Shown in pieces: positions 15,694-30,069 of a stretch of 64,000 nt of DNA. Numbering within the stretch: the first letter of the stretch is position 1; each line of letters starts with the position of its first letter. The translations under genes and the position numbers were made by a program. This DNA comes from Eledone cirrhosa. Its lineage: Eukaryota. Location: NCBI GenBank assembly GCA_964016885.1, contig OZ024740.1, positions 63,488,001-63,552,000 on the forward strand, in the 5' to 3' direction. Under the pieces are notes generated by a model that was not told the origin of the DNA, did no database searches, and worked only from the letters and a program-made list of their open reading frames with translations.

Positions 15694-17920
15694 TGCAATC
15701 CAATTTGACATAAATGGTGCTTGCAAATTACTATTTTAGACACATACTATCAATGGTTATGACATGGAAACCTGATGAAAATGACTAGCTTTGTAGAAAA
15801 AAGAGGGAGGATGTGGGTGGATATACCATTTACAAAGCTAGTCATTTTTTATTGCAGCGGAAGTCATATATTTTGTTAATATGTTAAAAGCCTAGTCCAC
15901 TGTGAGCATCTTGGAAGTTGATAGTACATGTAAAAATCAAGGAAAAAATTTTTTTCTAACATAAATCAAAGTGGAAATTTAAATCCTCACTTATAACAAA
16001 GCACACCACAGCACATTAATCTACCCCAAACCACACCATATCAAACAGCACCATATTATGGTAAATTTAGTACAGACCACCTACTCCTATCATTTACATC
16101 ACACCATGATATGGACATCAATGTGACAAATTTGCTACCTGCTTTTTTTTTTTTTTTTTTTTGTGGTTACCACCCAAACTAACATCAAAGGGGCTTGCAA
16201 ATGACTATTTTCCCACATTATCAATGAATATGACAGGAGAATCTATCGTTTAGAATTGGTTTCCATTTCATAACTTAACCAAACCACACCATACCAAGTT
16301 ACACCATACTACATCGCACCATGCTATTGATCTTGGTGTGAAACATTTTTTTCCCGTTTCCTTTTTTTTTTTGTGTGTGTGTCTGTGTGCTTACCACCTA
16401 ATCTGACATTAAAGGTGCTCCCAATTGACTATTTTTTTCCACTTATCAATTATGACATGGAAACCTGTCGAAAATGACTATCTTTGTAGAAACTTCACCA
16501 CAGCATACTATATCACACCTAGCTATTGATTTTTGTGCGACAAATTTTCATTTGCCATTTTTTTTTTTTTTTTTTTTTTGTGCTTACAATCCAATTTGAC
16601 ATAAATGGTGCTCGCAAATTACTATTTTATGCACATATTATCAATGGTTATGACATGGAAACCTGATGAAAATGACTAGCTTTGTAGAAAAAAGAGGGCG
16701 GATGTGGGTGGAAATACCATTTACAAAGCTCGTCATTTTTTATTGCAGCGGGAGTCATATTTTTTGTTAATATGCTAAAAGCATAGTTCACTGCGAGATC
16801 TTGGAAGTTGATAGCACATACAAAGATGATGGAAAAAATTTTTTTCTAACATAAATCAAAGTGGAAATTTAAATCCTCACTTATAACAAAGCACACCACA
16901 CCACATTAATCTACCCCAAACCACACCATAACCATACTTCACTATATGGTACATTTATTACAGAACACCTCCTACCATTTACATCACACCATGGTATGGA
17001 GATCGTGACAAATTTGCTACCTGCTTTTTTTTTTTTTTTTTTTTTTTTTTTTTGTGGCTACCACTTCAAACTAACATAAAAGGTGCTTGCAAATGACTAT
17101 TTTCCCAGACATTATCAATGAATATGACATGGGAATCTATCGTTTACAATTGGTTTCCATTTCATAACTTCACAAAACCACACCATACCAAGTTACACCA
17201 TACTACATCACACCAAGCTATTGATCTTGGTGTGAAATATTTTCTTCCCGTTTCCTTTTTATTTTCTTGTGTGTGCTTACCACCCAATCTGACATTAAAG
17301 GTGCTCCCAAATGTATATTTTTTTCCCACTTATCAATAATTATGACATGGAAACCTGTCGAAAATGACTATCTTTGTAGAAACTTCACCACATCACACCA
17401 TACTACATCACACCAAACTATTGATTTTGGTCTGGCAATTGTTTTTTTTTGTTTTTTTGTTTTTTTTGTGCTTACCACCCAATTTGACATAAATGGTGCT
17501 CGCAAATTACTATTTCATGCACATATTATCAATGGTTATGACATGGAAACCTGATGAAAATGACTAGTTTTGTAGAAAAAAGAGGGAGGATGTGGGTGGA
17601 AATAACATTTACAAAGCTAGTCATTTTTTATTGCAGCGGAAGTCATCTTTTTTGTTAATATGCTAAAAGCCTAGTCTACTGCAAATATCTTGGAAATTGG
17701 TAGCACATGCAAAAATGAAGGAAAAAATTTTTTTCTAACCTAAATCAAAGTGGAAATTTAATTTCTTACTTATAACAAAGCACACCACACCACATTAATC
17801 TACCCCAAACCACACCATATCAAACAGCACCATATTATGGTAAATTTATTACAGACCACCTACTCCTATCATTTACATCACACCATGATATGGACATCAA
17901 TGTGACAAATTTGCTACATG

Positions 17921-17956
<36 letters not shown>

Positions 17957-19719
17957 TGGATACCACCCAAACTAACATCATAGGTGCTTGCAAATGACTA
18001 TTTTCCCACATTATCAATGAATATGACAGGAGAATCTATCGTTTAGAATTGGTTTCCATTTCATAACTTCACACAAACCAAACCACACCATACCAAGTTA
18101 CACCATACTACATCGCTCCAAGCTATTGATCTTGGTGTGAAACATTTTTTTCCCGTTTCGCTTTTTTTTTTTTGTGTGTGTGCTTACCACCTAATCTGAC
18201 ATTAAAGGTGCTCCCAATTGACTATTTTTTTTTCCACATATCAATAATTATGACATGGAAACCTGTCGAAAATGACTATCTTTGTAGAAACTTCACCACA
18301 GCATACTATATCACACCTAGCTATTGATTTCTGTGTGACAAATTTTCATTTGCCATTTTTTTTTTTTTTTTTTTTTTTTTTGTGCTTACAATCCAATTTG
18401 ACATAAATGGTGCTCGCAAATTACTATTTTATGCACATATTATCAATGGTTATGACATGGAAACCTGATGAAAATGACTAGCTTTGTAGAAAAAAGAGGG
18501 CGGATGTGGGTGGAAATACCATTTACAAAGCTCGTCATTTTTTATTGCAGCGGGAGTCATATTTTTTGTTAATATGCTAAAAGCATAGTTCACTGCGAGC
18601 TTCTTGGAAGTTGATAGCACATACAAAGATGATGGAAAAAATTTTTTTCTAACATAAATCAAAGTGGAAATTTAAATCCTCACTTATAACAAAGCACACC
18701 ACACCACATTAATCTACCCCAAACCACACCATAACCATACTTCACTATATGGTACATTTATTACAGAACACCTCCTACCATTTACATCACACCATGGTAT
18801 GGAGATCGTGACAAATCTGCTACCTGCTTTTTTTTTTTTTTTTTTTTTTTTTGTGGTTACCACTTCAAACTAACATAAAAGGTGCTTGCAAATGACTATT
18901 TTCCCACACATTATCAATGAATATGACATGGGAATCTATCGTTTACAATTGGTTTCCATTTCATAACTTCACAAAACCACACCATACCAAGTTACACCAT
19001 ACTACATCACACCAAGCTATTGATCTTGGTGTGAAATATTTTCTTCCCGTTTCCTTTTTATTTTCTTGTGTGTGCTTACCACCCAATCTGACATTAAAGG
19101 TGCTCCCAAATGTATATTTTTTTCCCACTTATCAATAATTATGACATGGAAACCTGTCGAAAATGACTATCTTTGTAGAAACTTCACCACACCACACCAT
19201 ACTACATCACACCAAACTATTGATTTTGGTCTGGCAATTGTTTTTTTTTGTTTTTTTGTTTTTTTTGTGCTTACCACCCAATTTGACATAAATGGTGCTT
19301 GCAAATTACTATTTTATGCACATATTATCAATGGTTATGACATGGAAACCTGATGAAAATGACTAGTTTTGTAGAAAAAAGAGGGAGGATGTGGGTGGAA
19401 ATACCATTTACAAAGCTCGTCATTTTTTATTGCAGCGGAAGTCATCTTTTTTGTTAATATGCTAAAAGCCTAGTCTACTGCAAATATCTTGGAAATTGGT
19501 AGCACATGCAAAAATGAAGGAAAAAATTTTTTTCTAACCTAAATCAAAGTGGAAATTTAATTTCTTACTTATAACAAAGCACACCACACCACATTAATCT
19601 ACCCCAAACCACACCATATCAAACAGCACCATATTATGGTAAATTTATTACAGACCACCTACTCCTATCATTTACATCACACCATGATATGGACATCAAT
19701 GTGACAAATTTGCTACATG

Positions 19720-19751
<32 letters not shown>

Positions 19752-20146
19752 TGGATACCACCCAAACTAACATCATAGGTGCTTGCAAATGACTATTTTC
19801 CCACATTATCAATGAATATGACATGAGAATCTATCGTTTAGAATTGGTTTCCATTTCATAACTTCACACAAACCAAACCACACCATACCAAGTTACACCA
19901 TACTACATCGCTCCAAGCTATTGATCTTGGTGTGAAACATTTTTTTCCCGTTTCCCTTTTTTTTTTTTGTGTGTGTGCTTACCACCTAATCTGACATTAA
20001 AGGTGCTCCCAATTGACTATTTTTTTTTCCACATATCAATAATTATGACATGGAAGCCTGTCGAAAATGACTATCTTTGTAGAAACTTCACCACACCATA
20101 CAACATCACACCTAGCTATTGATTTTTGTGTGACAAATTTTCATTT

Positions 20147-20179
<33 letters not shown>

Positions 20180-22416
20180 CTGTGCTTACAATCCAATTTG
20201 ACATAAATGGTGCTTGCAAATTACTATTTTAGACACATATTATCAATGGTTATGACATGGAAACCTGATGAAAATGACTAGCTTTGTAGAAAAAAGAGGG
20301 AGGATGTGGGTGGATATACCATTTACAAAGCTAGTCATTTTTTATTGCAGCGGAAGTCATATATTTTGTTAATATGTTAAAAGCCTAGTCCACTGTGAGC
20401 ATCTTGGAAGTTGATAGCACATGTAAAAATCAAGGAAAAAATTTTTTTCTAACATAAATCAAAGTGGAAATTTAAATCCTCACTTATAACAAAGCACACC
20501 ACAGCACATTAATCTACCCCAAACCACACCATATCAAACAGCACCATATTATGGTAAATTTATTACAGACCACCTACTCCTATCATTTACATCACACCAT
20601 GATATGGACATCAATGTGACAAATTTGCTACCTGCTTTTTTTTTTTTTTTTTGTGGTTACCACCCAAACTAACATCAAAGGGGCTTGCAAATGACTATTT
20701 TCCCACATTATCAATGAATATGACAGGAGAATCTATCGTTTAGAATTGGTTTCCATTTCATAACTTAACCAAACCACACCATACCAAGTTACACCATACT
20801 ACATCGCACCATGCTATTGATCTTGGTGTGAAACATTTTTTTCCCGTTTCCTTTTTTTTTTTGTGTGTGTGTCTGTGTGCTTACCACCTAATCTGACATT
20901 AAAGGTGCTCCCAATTGACTATTTTTTTCCACTTATCAATTATGACATGGAAACCTGTCGAAAATGACTATCTTTGTAGAAACTTCACCAAACCACACCA
21001 TACTACATCACACCAAGCTATTGATTTTGGTGTGACAAATTTTCATTTGCAATTTTATTTTATTTTTTTTTTTTTTTCGTGCTTACAATCCAATTTGACA
21101 TAAATGGTGCTCGCAAATTACTATTTTATGCACATATTATCAATGGTTATGACATGGAAACCTGATGAAAATGACTAGCTTTGTAGAAAAAAGAGGGCGG
21201 ATGTGGGTGGAAATACCATTTACAAAGCTCGTCATTTTTTATTGCAGCGGGAGTCATATTTTTTGTTAATATGCTAAAAGCATAGTTCACTGCGAGCTTC
21301 TTGGAAGTTGATAGCACATACAAAGATGATGGAAAAAATTTTTTTCTAACATAAATCAAAGTGGAAATTTAAATCCTCACTTATAACAAAGCACACCACA
21401 CCACATTAATCTACCCCAAACCACACCATAACCATACTTCACTATATGGTACATTTATTACAGAACACCTCCTACCATTTACATCACACCATGGTATGGA
21501 GATCGTGACAAATTTGCTACCTGCTTTTTTTTTTTTTTTTTTTTTTTTTGTGGTTACCACTTCAAACTAACATAAAAGGTGCTTGCAAATGACTATTTTC
21601 CCACACATTATCAATGAATATGACATGGGAATCTATCGTTTACAATTGGTTTCCATTTCATAACTTCACAAAACCACACCATACCAAGTTACACCATACT
21701 ACATCACACCAAGCTATTGATCTTGGTGTGAAATATTTTCTTCCCGTTTCCTTTTTATTTTCTTGTGTGTGCTTACCACCCAATCTGACATTAAAGGTGC
21801 TCCCAAATGTATATTTTTTTCCCACTTATCAATAATTATGACATGGAAACCTGTCGAAAATGACTATCTTTGTAGAAACTTCACCACATCACACCATACT
21901 ACATCACACCAAACTATTGATTTTGGTCTGGCAATTGTTTTTTTTTGTTTTTTTGTTTTTTTTGTGCTTACCACCCAATTTGACATAAATGGTGCTCGCA
22001 AATTACTATTTCATGCACATATTATCAATGGTTATGACATGGAAACCTGATGAAAATGACTAGTTTTGTAGAAAAAAGAGGGAGGATGTGGGTGGAAATA
22101 CCATTTACAAAGCTCGTCATTTTTTATTGCAGCGGAAGTCATCTTTTTTGTTAATATGCTAAAAGCCTAGTCTACTGCAAATATCTTGGAAATTGGTAGC
22201 ACATGCAAAAATGAAGGAAAAAATTTTTTTCTAACCTAAATCAAAGTGGAAATTTAATTTCTTACTTATAACAAAGCACACCACACCACATTAATCTACC
22301 CCAAACCACACCATATCAAACAGCACCATATTATGGTAAATTTATTACAGACCACCTACTCCTATCATTTACATCACACCATGATATGGACATCAATGTG
22401 ACAAATTTGCTACATG

Positions 22417-22449
<33 letters not shown>

Positions 22450-22846
22450 TGGATACCACCCAAACTAACATCATAGGTGCTTGCAAATGACTATTTTCCC
22501 ACATTATCAATGAATATGACAGGAGAATCTATCGTTTAGAATTGGTTTCCATTTCATAACTTCACACAAACCAAACCACACCATACCAAGTTACACCATA
22601 CTACATCGCTCCAAGCTATTGATCTTGGTGTGAAACATTTTTTTCCCGTTTCGCTTTTTTTTTTTTGTGTGTGTGTGCTTACCACCTAATCTGACATTAA
22701 AGGTGCTCCCAATTGACTATTTTTTTTTCCACATATCAATAATTATGACATGGAAACCTGTCGAAAATGACTATCTTTGTAGAAACTTCACCACAGCATA
22801 CTATATCACACCTAGCTATTGATTTTTGTGTGACAAATTTTCATTT

Positions 22847-22883
<37 letters not shown>

Positions 22884-25050
22884 TGCTTACAATCCAATTT
22901 GACATAAATGGTGCTCGCAAATTACTATTTTATGCACATATTATCAATGGTTATGACATGGAAACCTGATGAAAATGACTAGCTTTGTAGAAAAAAGAGG
23001 GCGGATGTGGGTGGAAATACCATTTACAAAGCTCGTCATTTTTTATTGCAGCGGGAGTCATATTTTTTGTTAATATGCTAAAAGCATAGTTCACTGCGAG
23101 ATCTTGGAAGTTGATAGCACATACAAAGATGATGGAAAAAATTTTTTTCTAACATAAATCAAAGTGGAAATTTAAATCCTCACTTATAACAAAGCACACC
23201 ACACCACATTAATCTACCCCAAACCACACCATAACCATACTTCACTATATGGTACATTTATTACAGAACACCTCCTACCATTTACATCACACCATGGTCT
23301 GGAGATCGTGACAAATTTGCTACCTGCTTTTTTTTTTTTTTTTTTTTTTTTTTTTGTGGTTACCACTTCAAACTAACATAAAAGGTGCTTGCAAATGACT
23401 ATTTTCCCACACATTATCAATGAATACGACATGGGAATCTATCGTTTACAATTGGTTTCCATTTCATAACTTCACAAAACCACACCATACCAAGTTACAC
23501 CATACTACATCACACCAAGCTATTGATCTTGGTGTGAAATATTTTCTTCCCGTTTCCTTTTTATTTTCTTGTGTGTGCTTACCACCCAATCTGACATTAA
23601 AGGTGCTCCCAAATGTATATTTTTTTCCCACTTATCAATAATTATGACATGGAAACCTGTCGAAAATGACTATCTTTGTAGAAACTTCACCACACCATAC
23701 TACATCACACCAAACTATTGATTTTGGTCTGGCAATTGTTTTTTTTTGTTTTTTTGTTTTTTTTGTGCTTACCACCCAATTTGACATAAATGGTGCTCGC
23801 AAATTACTATTTCATGCACATATTATCAATGGTTATGACATGGAAACCTGATGAAAATGACTAGTTTTGTAGAAAAAAGAGGGAGGATGTGGGTGGAAAT
23901 ACCATTTACAAAGCTCGTCATTTTTTATTGCAGCGGAAGTCATCTTTTTTGTTAATATGCTAAAAGCCTAGTCTACTGCAAATATCTTGGAAATTGGTAG
24001 CACATGCAAAAATGAAGGAAAAAATTTTTTTCTAACCTAAATCAAAGTGGAAATTTAATTTCTTACTTATAACAAAGCACACCACACCACATTAATCTAC
24101 CCCAAACCACACCATATCAAACAGCACCATATTATGGTAAATTTATTACAGACTACCTACTCCTATCATTTACATCACACCATGATATGGACATCAATTT
24201 GACAAATTTGCTACCTGCGTTTTTTTTTTTTTTTTTTTTTTGTGGATACCACCCAAACTAACATCAAAGGTGCTTGCAAATGACTATTTTCCCACATCAA
24301 TGAATCTATTATTAAAGGTGCTCCCAATTGACTATTTTTTTTTCCACTTATCAATAATTATGACATGGAAACCTGTTGAAAATGACTATCTTTGTAGAAA
24401 CTTCACCACACCTAGCTATTGATTTTGGTGTGACAAATTTTCATCTGGCAATTGTTTTTTTTTGTTTTTTTGTTTTTTTTTGTGCTTACCACCCAATTTA
24501 ACATAAATGGTGCTTGCAAATCACTATTTTATGCACATATTATCAATGGTTATGAAGTAGAAAAAGGAGGGAGTATGTGGGTGGAAATACCATTTACAAA
24601 GCTAGTCATTTTTTATTGCAGCGGAAGTCATATGTTTTGTTAATATGCTAAAAGCATAGTCCACTGCGAGCATCTTAAAAGTTGATAGCACATGCATTTT
24701 TTTCTTACATAAATCAAAGTGGAAATTTAATTCCTTATTTATAAGAAAGCACACCACAGCACATTAATCTACCCTAATCCACACCATATACTTCACCATA
24801 ACCATACTTCACCATATGGTAAATTTATTACAGAACACCTACTCCTACCATTTACATCACACCAATGCTCGCAGTTGACTATTTTTGTCACATATTATGA
24901 ATGAATATAACTCTGAAACCTATCGTCAATGATTAGCTTTGTAGAAAAATGAAGGCAGAAAGTGGGTGGAAAAACCATTCACAAAGCTAGTCATTTTTAA
25001 TTGCAGTGGAAATCATATTTGTTGTTAATATGCTAAAAAAATAGTCAATT
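1..25050. repeat. Tandem satellite array, ~899-bp monomer, 27 full copies plus decayed terminal copies; continues beyond the left edge of the window
   Basis: The anchor aggtgcttgcaaatgactattttccc recurs at ~3, 906, 1805, 2702, 3599 ... 23381, 24267 (mean spacing ~899). Each monomer holds three related sub-units (aggtgct..caaa(t/tt)gactatt..tatgacatgg..poly-T..gtgcttac). Copies shorten and diverge after ~24240. Confidence 0.97.
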
Positions 25051-25140
25051 GCAACATTTTGGAGGTCGGATTAGTTGATAGGATATAAAAAAACAAAGGA
25101 AAACAAATATTGTCTATATGTTCCTGTGGAAAGTCGGGTC

Positions 25141-25219
25141 TTCTGTATTACTGTGTGACGCCAGAGGTCATGCTCGTGTGTCATTGCTCTTGAGAGGTGC
25201 AATTGGGAAAGGTCGGCTT
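25141..25219 (-). mobile_element. Short fragment of the RTE LINE ORF 3' end
   Basis: The reverse complement aagccgacctttcccaattgcacctctcaagagcaatgacacacgagcatgacctctggcgtcacacagtaatacag aligns with 28882-28958. Confidence 0.85.
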
Positions 25220-25418
25220 AGAAATATTTACTTCTGCATTCACAGATTGATTTTTTTTTAGTTTCAGAAGATCCCATTAAGGGTGAAAGCAGCCGATTCT
25301 TTGCTTAAACTTTAATCTGTTATTTTAATAAATATTTGCTCTACGGTTCTTATATAATTGATATATATTTATCCCTATCGAGCCCTCTTTGGATTTTAGT
25401 CTTCATATGTATTATTAT

Positions 25419-25478
<60 letters not shown>

Positions 25479-25480
<2 letters not shown>

Positions 25481-28400
25481 TTAGAGTTGATTTCAATTTG
25501 TTCCAGCCATCCATCCATACAAATCTTCGAAGGTATCTTAGTCTTTATGACGTTATGTTAATATTACTGGTGTATTAACTTCGGATATTTACCATGCGGT
25601 ATTCTAATTCTATTGTATCTCTCTCGGTTATTTACCATGCGACCCTCAGTGCCTACCTCACAATTTCCCTCCCACCACCATAGCCTATTCGACCAATCAA
25701 ACCTCAGCATGCCATTTCCATTGCTGCTGCTACTACTACCTACCTACCTAACTAACTCTCTCCTCCTCTGGCGCAGCCCAACACACCCTGCCATTACCCC
25801 ACCACCACTGTTCTTCTAGCCCTCAATTTTCCCACCGTTATGGATGGATGAGCTGAGAATACATTTGAGCAACTCTGAATCAATAGATGAAATATGAATC
25901 TGCGAGCTACCAAGCACCCACGTGAAGCGCCAACCCAGAGACCCTCCCCTACGAGTGTCGACAAATGCCCAAAACTCCGAGTTGGTACCATCAATGTAGG
26001 CTCAATGAAAGGAAAAGCAGGCGAAATCGTAGAAATGCTAGAGCGAAAGGAAGTTGATGTATGCTGTGTGCAAGAGACTAGATGGAGAGGAGGATCTGCT
26101 AGAGTCCTTGTAGGAAAAAGCCAGTGCTACAAATTTTTCTGGGTGGGAAATGACGATGGGATGGGTGGTGTAGGTATACTATTAGCTGACAAGTGGGTAG
26201 ATAAAGTAATCTCAGTGTACAGGGTAAATGCAAGAATCATTAAACTCAGACTAGTCCTGAATAAGACAATTACCACAATAATATCAGCTTACGCACCCCA
26301 ATCGGGGCTGCCAGACGAACTTAAGGATAGGTTTTACGAGTCCTTAATACACACTACTGCTCTAACAGACGACAAGGACTTCCTAATCATTGCAGGAGAT
26401 TTTAACGGACACGTAGGTAAACACTGCGACGGCTTCAATAGAGTACATGGAGGCCATGGAGTTGGCACAAGGAATGAGGAAGGATTCAGACTTCTAGAAT
26501 TCTGCGACGCCAATGACATGTCGATATGTAACACAAACTTTAAAAAACCCGACAACCACCTGATCACCTATAGATCAGGGGAGCACTCTAGTCAGTTAGA
26601 TTTTATCCTCATCAGAGGACGTGACAGATGGACGGTCGTAAACACAAAAGCCTTCCCTAGTGAGGAATGTACATCCCAACATAGCTTAGTTGTCAGCGAC
26701 CTCACGGTTAGAACTAGACGAACCCGGAAACAGAGGCCAACCTGGAGAAGAAAGATCTGGAAGCTGAAAGTCCCCTCAACCAGTAACAGATTTAAAGATA
26801 TTTTACTCAACGCCTACGACAGTAAAGAAGAACAGATAGAGACATTTAACGTAGAAGAGAACTGGGAGTTCCTAAAAAATAACTTACTAGAGGCGACGGA
26901 TGAGGTTTGTGGCTGGAGTAAGACCTCAAGCAGGAGGAGAGTGACTTGGTGGTGGAACAATAAGGTAGATGAAGCAGTCAAGGCCAAAAGACAAGCATGG
27001 AAAGAATGGAAGAACGGGGGGAGCAGGGTACATTACATAGAGACCAAGAGGGAAGCTAGGCGACAAGTATACTTAGCTAGGAGGGAAGCAGAGGATAGAA
27101 AATTCAAGCATGTTTTACAACGTGAGGACCAGAAACAGGAGGTATTCAAGATTGCGAGGCAGTGTGTCAGAGATAGTTGTGATGTCATTGGAGAGAAGTG
27201 TATCCGGAATGATAAAGGTGAGCTTGCCCTCACAAGTGCTGAGAAGAAAGATGCATGGAAGAGTCATTATGATAGATTACTAAATGAGGAGAATGCATGG
27301 GAAGAAGAGACCCTACCCCATGTAGACCCTATAGAGGGACCAGCAGTACAAGTCAGCGGCAGCGTAGTAAGTAAGGCAATCAGAGATATGAAGATGGGGA
27401 AGGCAACCGGTCCATCGGGTATAGCTGCCGAGATGCTGAAGGCATCTGGTTCTGTAGGTCACACTATAACCACACGTATCGTTAACCAGGTAATACTAGA
27501 AGGGGCCATACCAAAAGATTGGTGCAGTAGCATCATTGTCAACTGCTACAAAGGTAAAGGCGATGCACTAGATAGAGGAAACTATAGAGGTATAAAGTTG
27601 ATGGACCAGGTCATGAAAGTAACAGAAAGAGTTATAGCACAGCTGATTAGGGACCGGGTGAATATAGACGAGATGCAATTTGGGTTTGTACCAGGGAGAG
27701 GCACCACTGATGCCCTCTTCCTTGTGAGGCAATTACAGGAAAAGTACCTAGCTAAAAGTAAGCCACTCTACTTGGCATTTGTCGACCTTGAGAAAGCCTT
27801 TGACAGAGTTCCACGTGCGGTAATCTGGTGGGCTCTTAGAAAACTAGGAGTAGATGAATGGTTTGTGAAAGCGGTACAAGCCATGTATAGGGGAGCAGTC
27901 AGCAAAGTTAGGATTAGCAATGAGTATAGCGAGGAATTTAGCGTACAGGTTGGGGTCCACCAGGGCTCTGTTCTTAGCCCGCTCCTGTTCATCATAGTCC
28001 TGCAGGCAATAACGGAGGAGTTTAAGACCGGATGCCCATGGGAACTCCTGTATGCTGATGACCTCGCACTCATAGCTGAATCTATGGTAGAACTAGAGAA
28101 TAAATTCCAAACCTCAAAGTCAACATGACAAAGACTAAGGTCCTTGTAAGTAGACGAGAAAACAGAACCCAGATCCCCTCAGGGAAATGGCCTTGCTCAG
28201 TATGTAGGAAAGGTATAGTTAGGAACTCCATTCTCTGCCCCAAATGCAAACAATGGGTACACAAGAGATGTAGCGGGATCTCAGGAAGCTTAATTAAGAA
28301 TGTAGGCTTCACATGCAGCAGCTGTGCTGAAACAGCAAGCAGCAAACAGCCACAGGAAACAAGTACCACCAATCTCTGGGAGGGCCCTGTAGAAACAGTA

Positions 28401-29290
28401 GACAGCTTCTGCTACCTAGGTGACCGAATTAGCAACGGAGGTGGGTGTTCAGAAAGTACAATAACTAGGGTAAGAACGGGATGGAAGAAGTTTAGGGAAC
28501 TACTACCACTGCTAGCTGCAAAAGGCTTCTCCCTCAGAATGAAAGGCAGACTGTATGATGCGTGTATCCGAACAGCGATGTTGCATGGTAGTGAGACCTG
28601 GGCGCTGAAGGTGGAAGACTTACGTAGATTAGAGAGAAACGAAGCCTGCATGCTCCGATGGATGTGTAACAGTAATATACGTGAACGACAAAGCATAAAT
28701 GAATTGAGAGAGAGACTGAGCATAAGAGGAATCAAATGCTGTGTGCAGGAGAGGCGGTTGCGCTGGTATGGACATGTGATGCGTATGAAGGATGACAGCT
28801 GCATAAAAAGGTGCAGAGCACTAGAAGTTGATGGAAACCGCGGAGTGGGGAGACCCAAGATGACCTGGGATGAGGTGATAAAAGCCGACCATACCCAATT
28901 ACACCTCTCAAAGACAATGACACACGACCGTGACTTCTGGCGTCACGCAGTAATACAGAGTACCTGACCTCCCATGGGTACATGCTGAAGCATATAAACA
29001 ATATTCCCCCACACCTCCCACCGCAAGGTGGTCGTGGAGGTGCCAATGGCAAAAAAGCACCCAGCCCACACTGTAAAGTGGACGTGTAGGCGCCACGAAA
29101 AAGCACCCAGCACTCACTGTAAATGAGGTTGGTGTTAGGAAGGGCATCCAGCTGTAGAAATCAAGCCAGATCAGTTCCTGTATGAGCAAGGCATGGTCAG
29201 CCGACCAGACACTGCACACAACAGGACAACCCGTCTAACCTATGCTAGCGTGGAAGAACGGACGTAAAACGGTGATGATGATGATGATGA
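25479..29290 (+). mobile_element. Near full-length RTE-clade non-LTR retrotransposon
   Basis: Single APE-RT ORF, 3' UTR ending in gacgtaaaacgg(tga)n at 29261-29290. Flanked 5' by (TA)n (25422-25478) and 3' by tatatacatacatat. The 5' boundary is approximate. Confidence 0.92.
25894..28967 (+). pseudogene. RTE ORF (AP endonuclease, reverse transcriptase, PHD-like Zn finger) with one frameshifting deletion near 28110
   Basis: APE motifs VGTINV, CVQETRW, SAYAPQ, GDFNGH, LDFIL. RT motifs FVDLEKAFD, GVHQGSVLSP, LLYADD. After KFQ the expected LKVNMTKTK resumes in another frame. Then CSVC..CPKC..H.RC..CSSC, FCYLG and RRLRWYGHV. Confidence 0.93.
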
Positions 29291-29306
29291 TATATACATA
29301 CATATT

Positions 29307-29667
29307 GAGAGCATTGGCCTTGCAATCGAAAGGTTGTGAGTTCAATTCTCACACTGGGTGATGTGTTGTTTCCTTGAGCAAGACACTTTATTTCACATTG
29401 CTCCAGTTTACTCAGCTGTAGAAATGAGATGATTGGACTGGGGTCCCTATCATTCCACTGCAAAGTGGTCGTGGAGGTGCCGCGGCAAAAAAAGTACCCA
29501 GCCCACACTGTAAAGTGGAGGTGCCACAGGAAAAAAGCACCCAACACTCACTGTAAATGAGGTTGGTGTTAGGAAGGGCATCCAGCTGTAGAAATCAAGC
29601 CAGAATCAGTTCCCGTCCCACCCTTGCAAGCAGGGAAAAAGTGGACGTAAAATGAAATGATGAATGC
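29307..29667 (+). mobile_element. tRNA-derived CORE-type SINE with RTE-derived tail (5'-clipped)
   Basis: B-box gagttcaattc. CORE-like ccttgagcaagacacttt...cagctgtagaaatg. Tail nearly identical to the RTE 3' UTR at 29025-29180. Confidence 0.8.
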
Positions 29668-29997
29668 TCCCAGCTGTGGTCACCCCCATAGTATTGAACT
29701 AATCATGGAGCTTGAAGCAATCCAATGAAGCTATACCAAGAAGGTTGCTACGATGGAGATAAACTACTGGGAGAGTCTAAAAGAGATGAAACTCTACTCC
29801 TCAGAATGAAGACGGGAGAGATATGCAATGATATACATATGTAAAATCCTGGGGAGGACTAAGACCAAACTTTCACATCAAGAGCTGGACAAATTCTCGA
29901 ACAGGACGTCACTGTGTGGTACCAAAGGTCCCGTATTCCACATCTAGAATCAGGAGCAGCTATTGCAATAGCCTGGGGTTCAAAGGCCCTCAACTTG
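29668..29997 (+). mobile_element. Decayed CR1/L2-group LINE ORF2 C-terminal fragment
   Basis: Translates ELEAIQ*SYTKKVATMEINYWESLKEMKLYSSE*RRERYAMIYICKIL, matching the Y.ERL..L.L.SL..RR.R motif of CR1-group LINEs. Confidence 0.7.
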
Positions 29998-30069
29998 GTT
30001 TTCAAAATTTTAAATTTGTGTTTCCTATTCATCAATGCTTCAAGCAAGCTATAAAACTCTGTTATATTT

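Noticed and set aside
480-24643. Many repeated 60-100-aa ORFs in the satellite
   Set aside because: They cross poly-T tracts of variable length that shift frame between copies, show no domain, and are by-products of the repeat.
25479-25893. HDV-like ribozyme in the RTE 5' UTR
   Set aside because: Known in some RTEs, but no nested double pseudoknot could be built by eye. Only a short cgg(a/t)tatttaccatgcg duplication was seen.
26334-29547. Antisense ORFs over the RTE element
   Set aside because: Shadow frames of the LINE ORF and UTR with no independent motifs.
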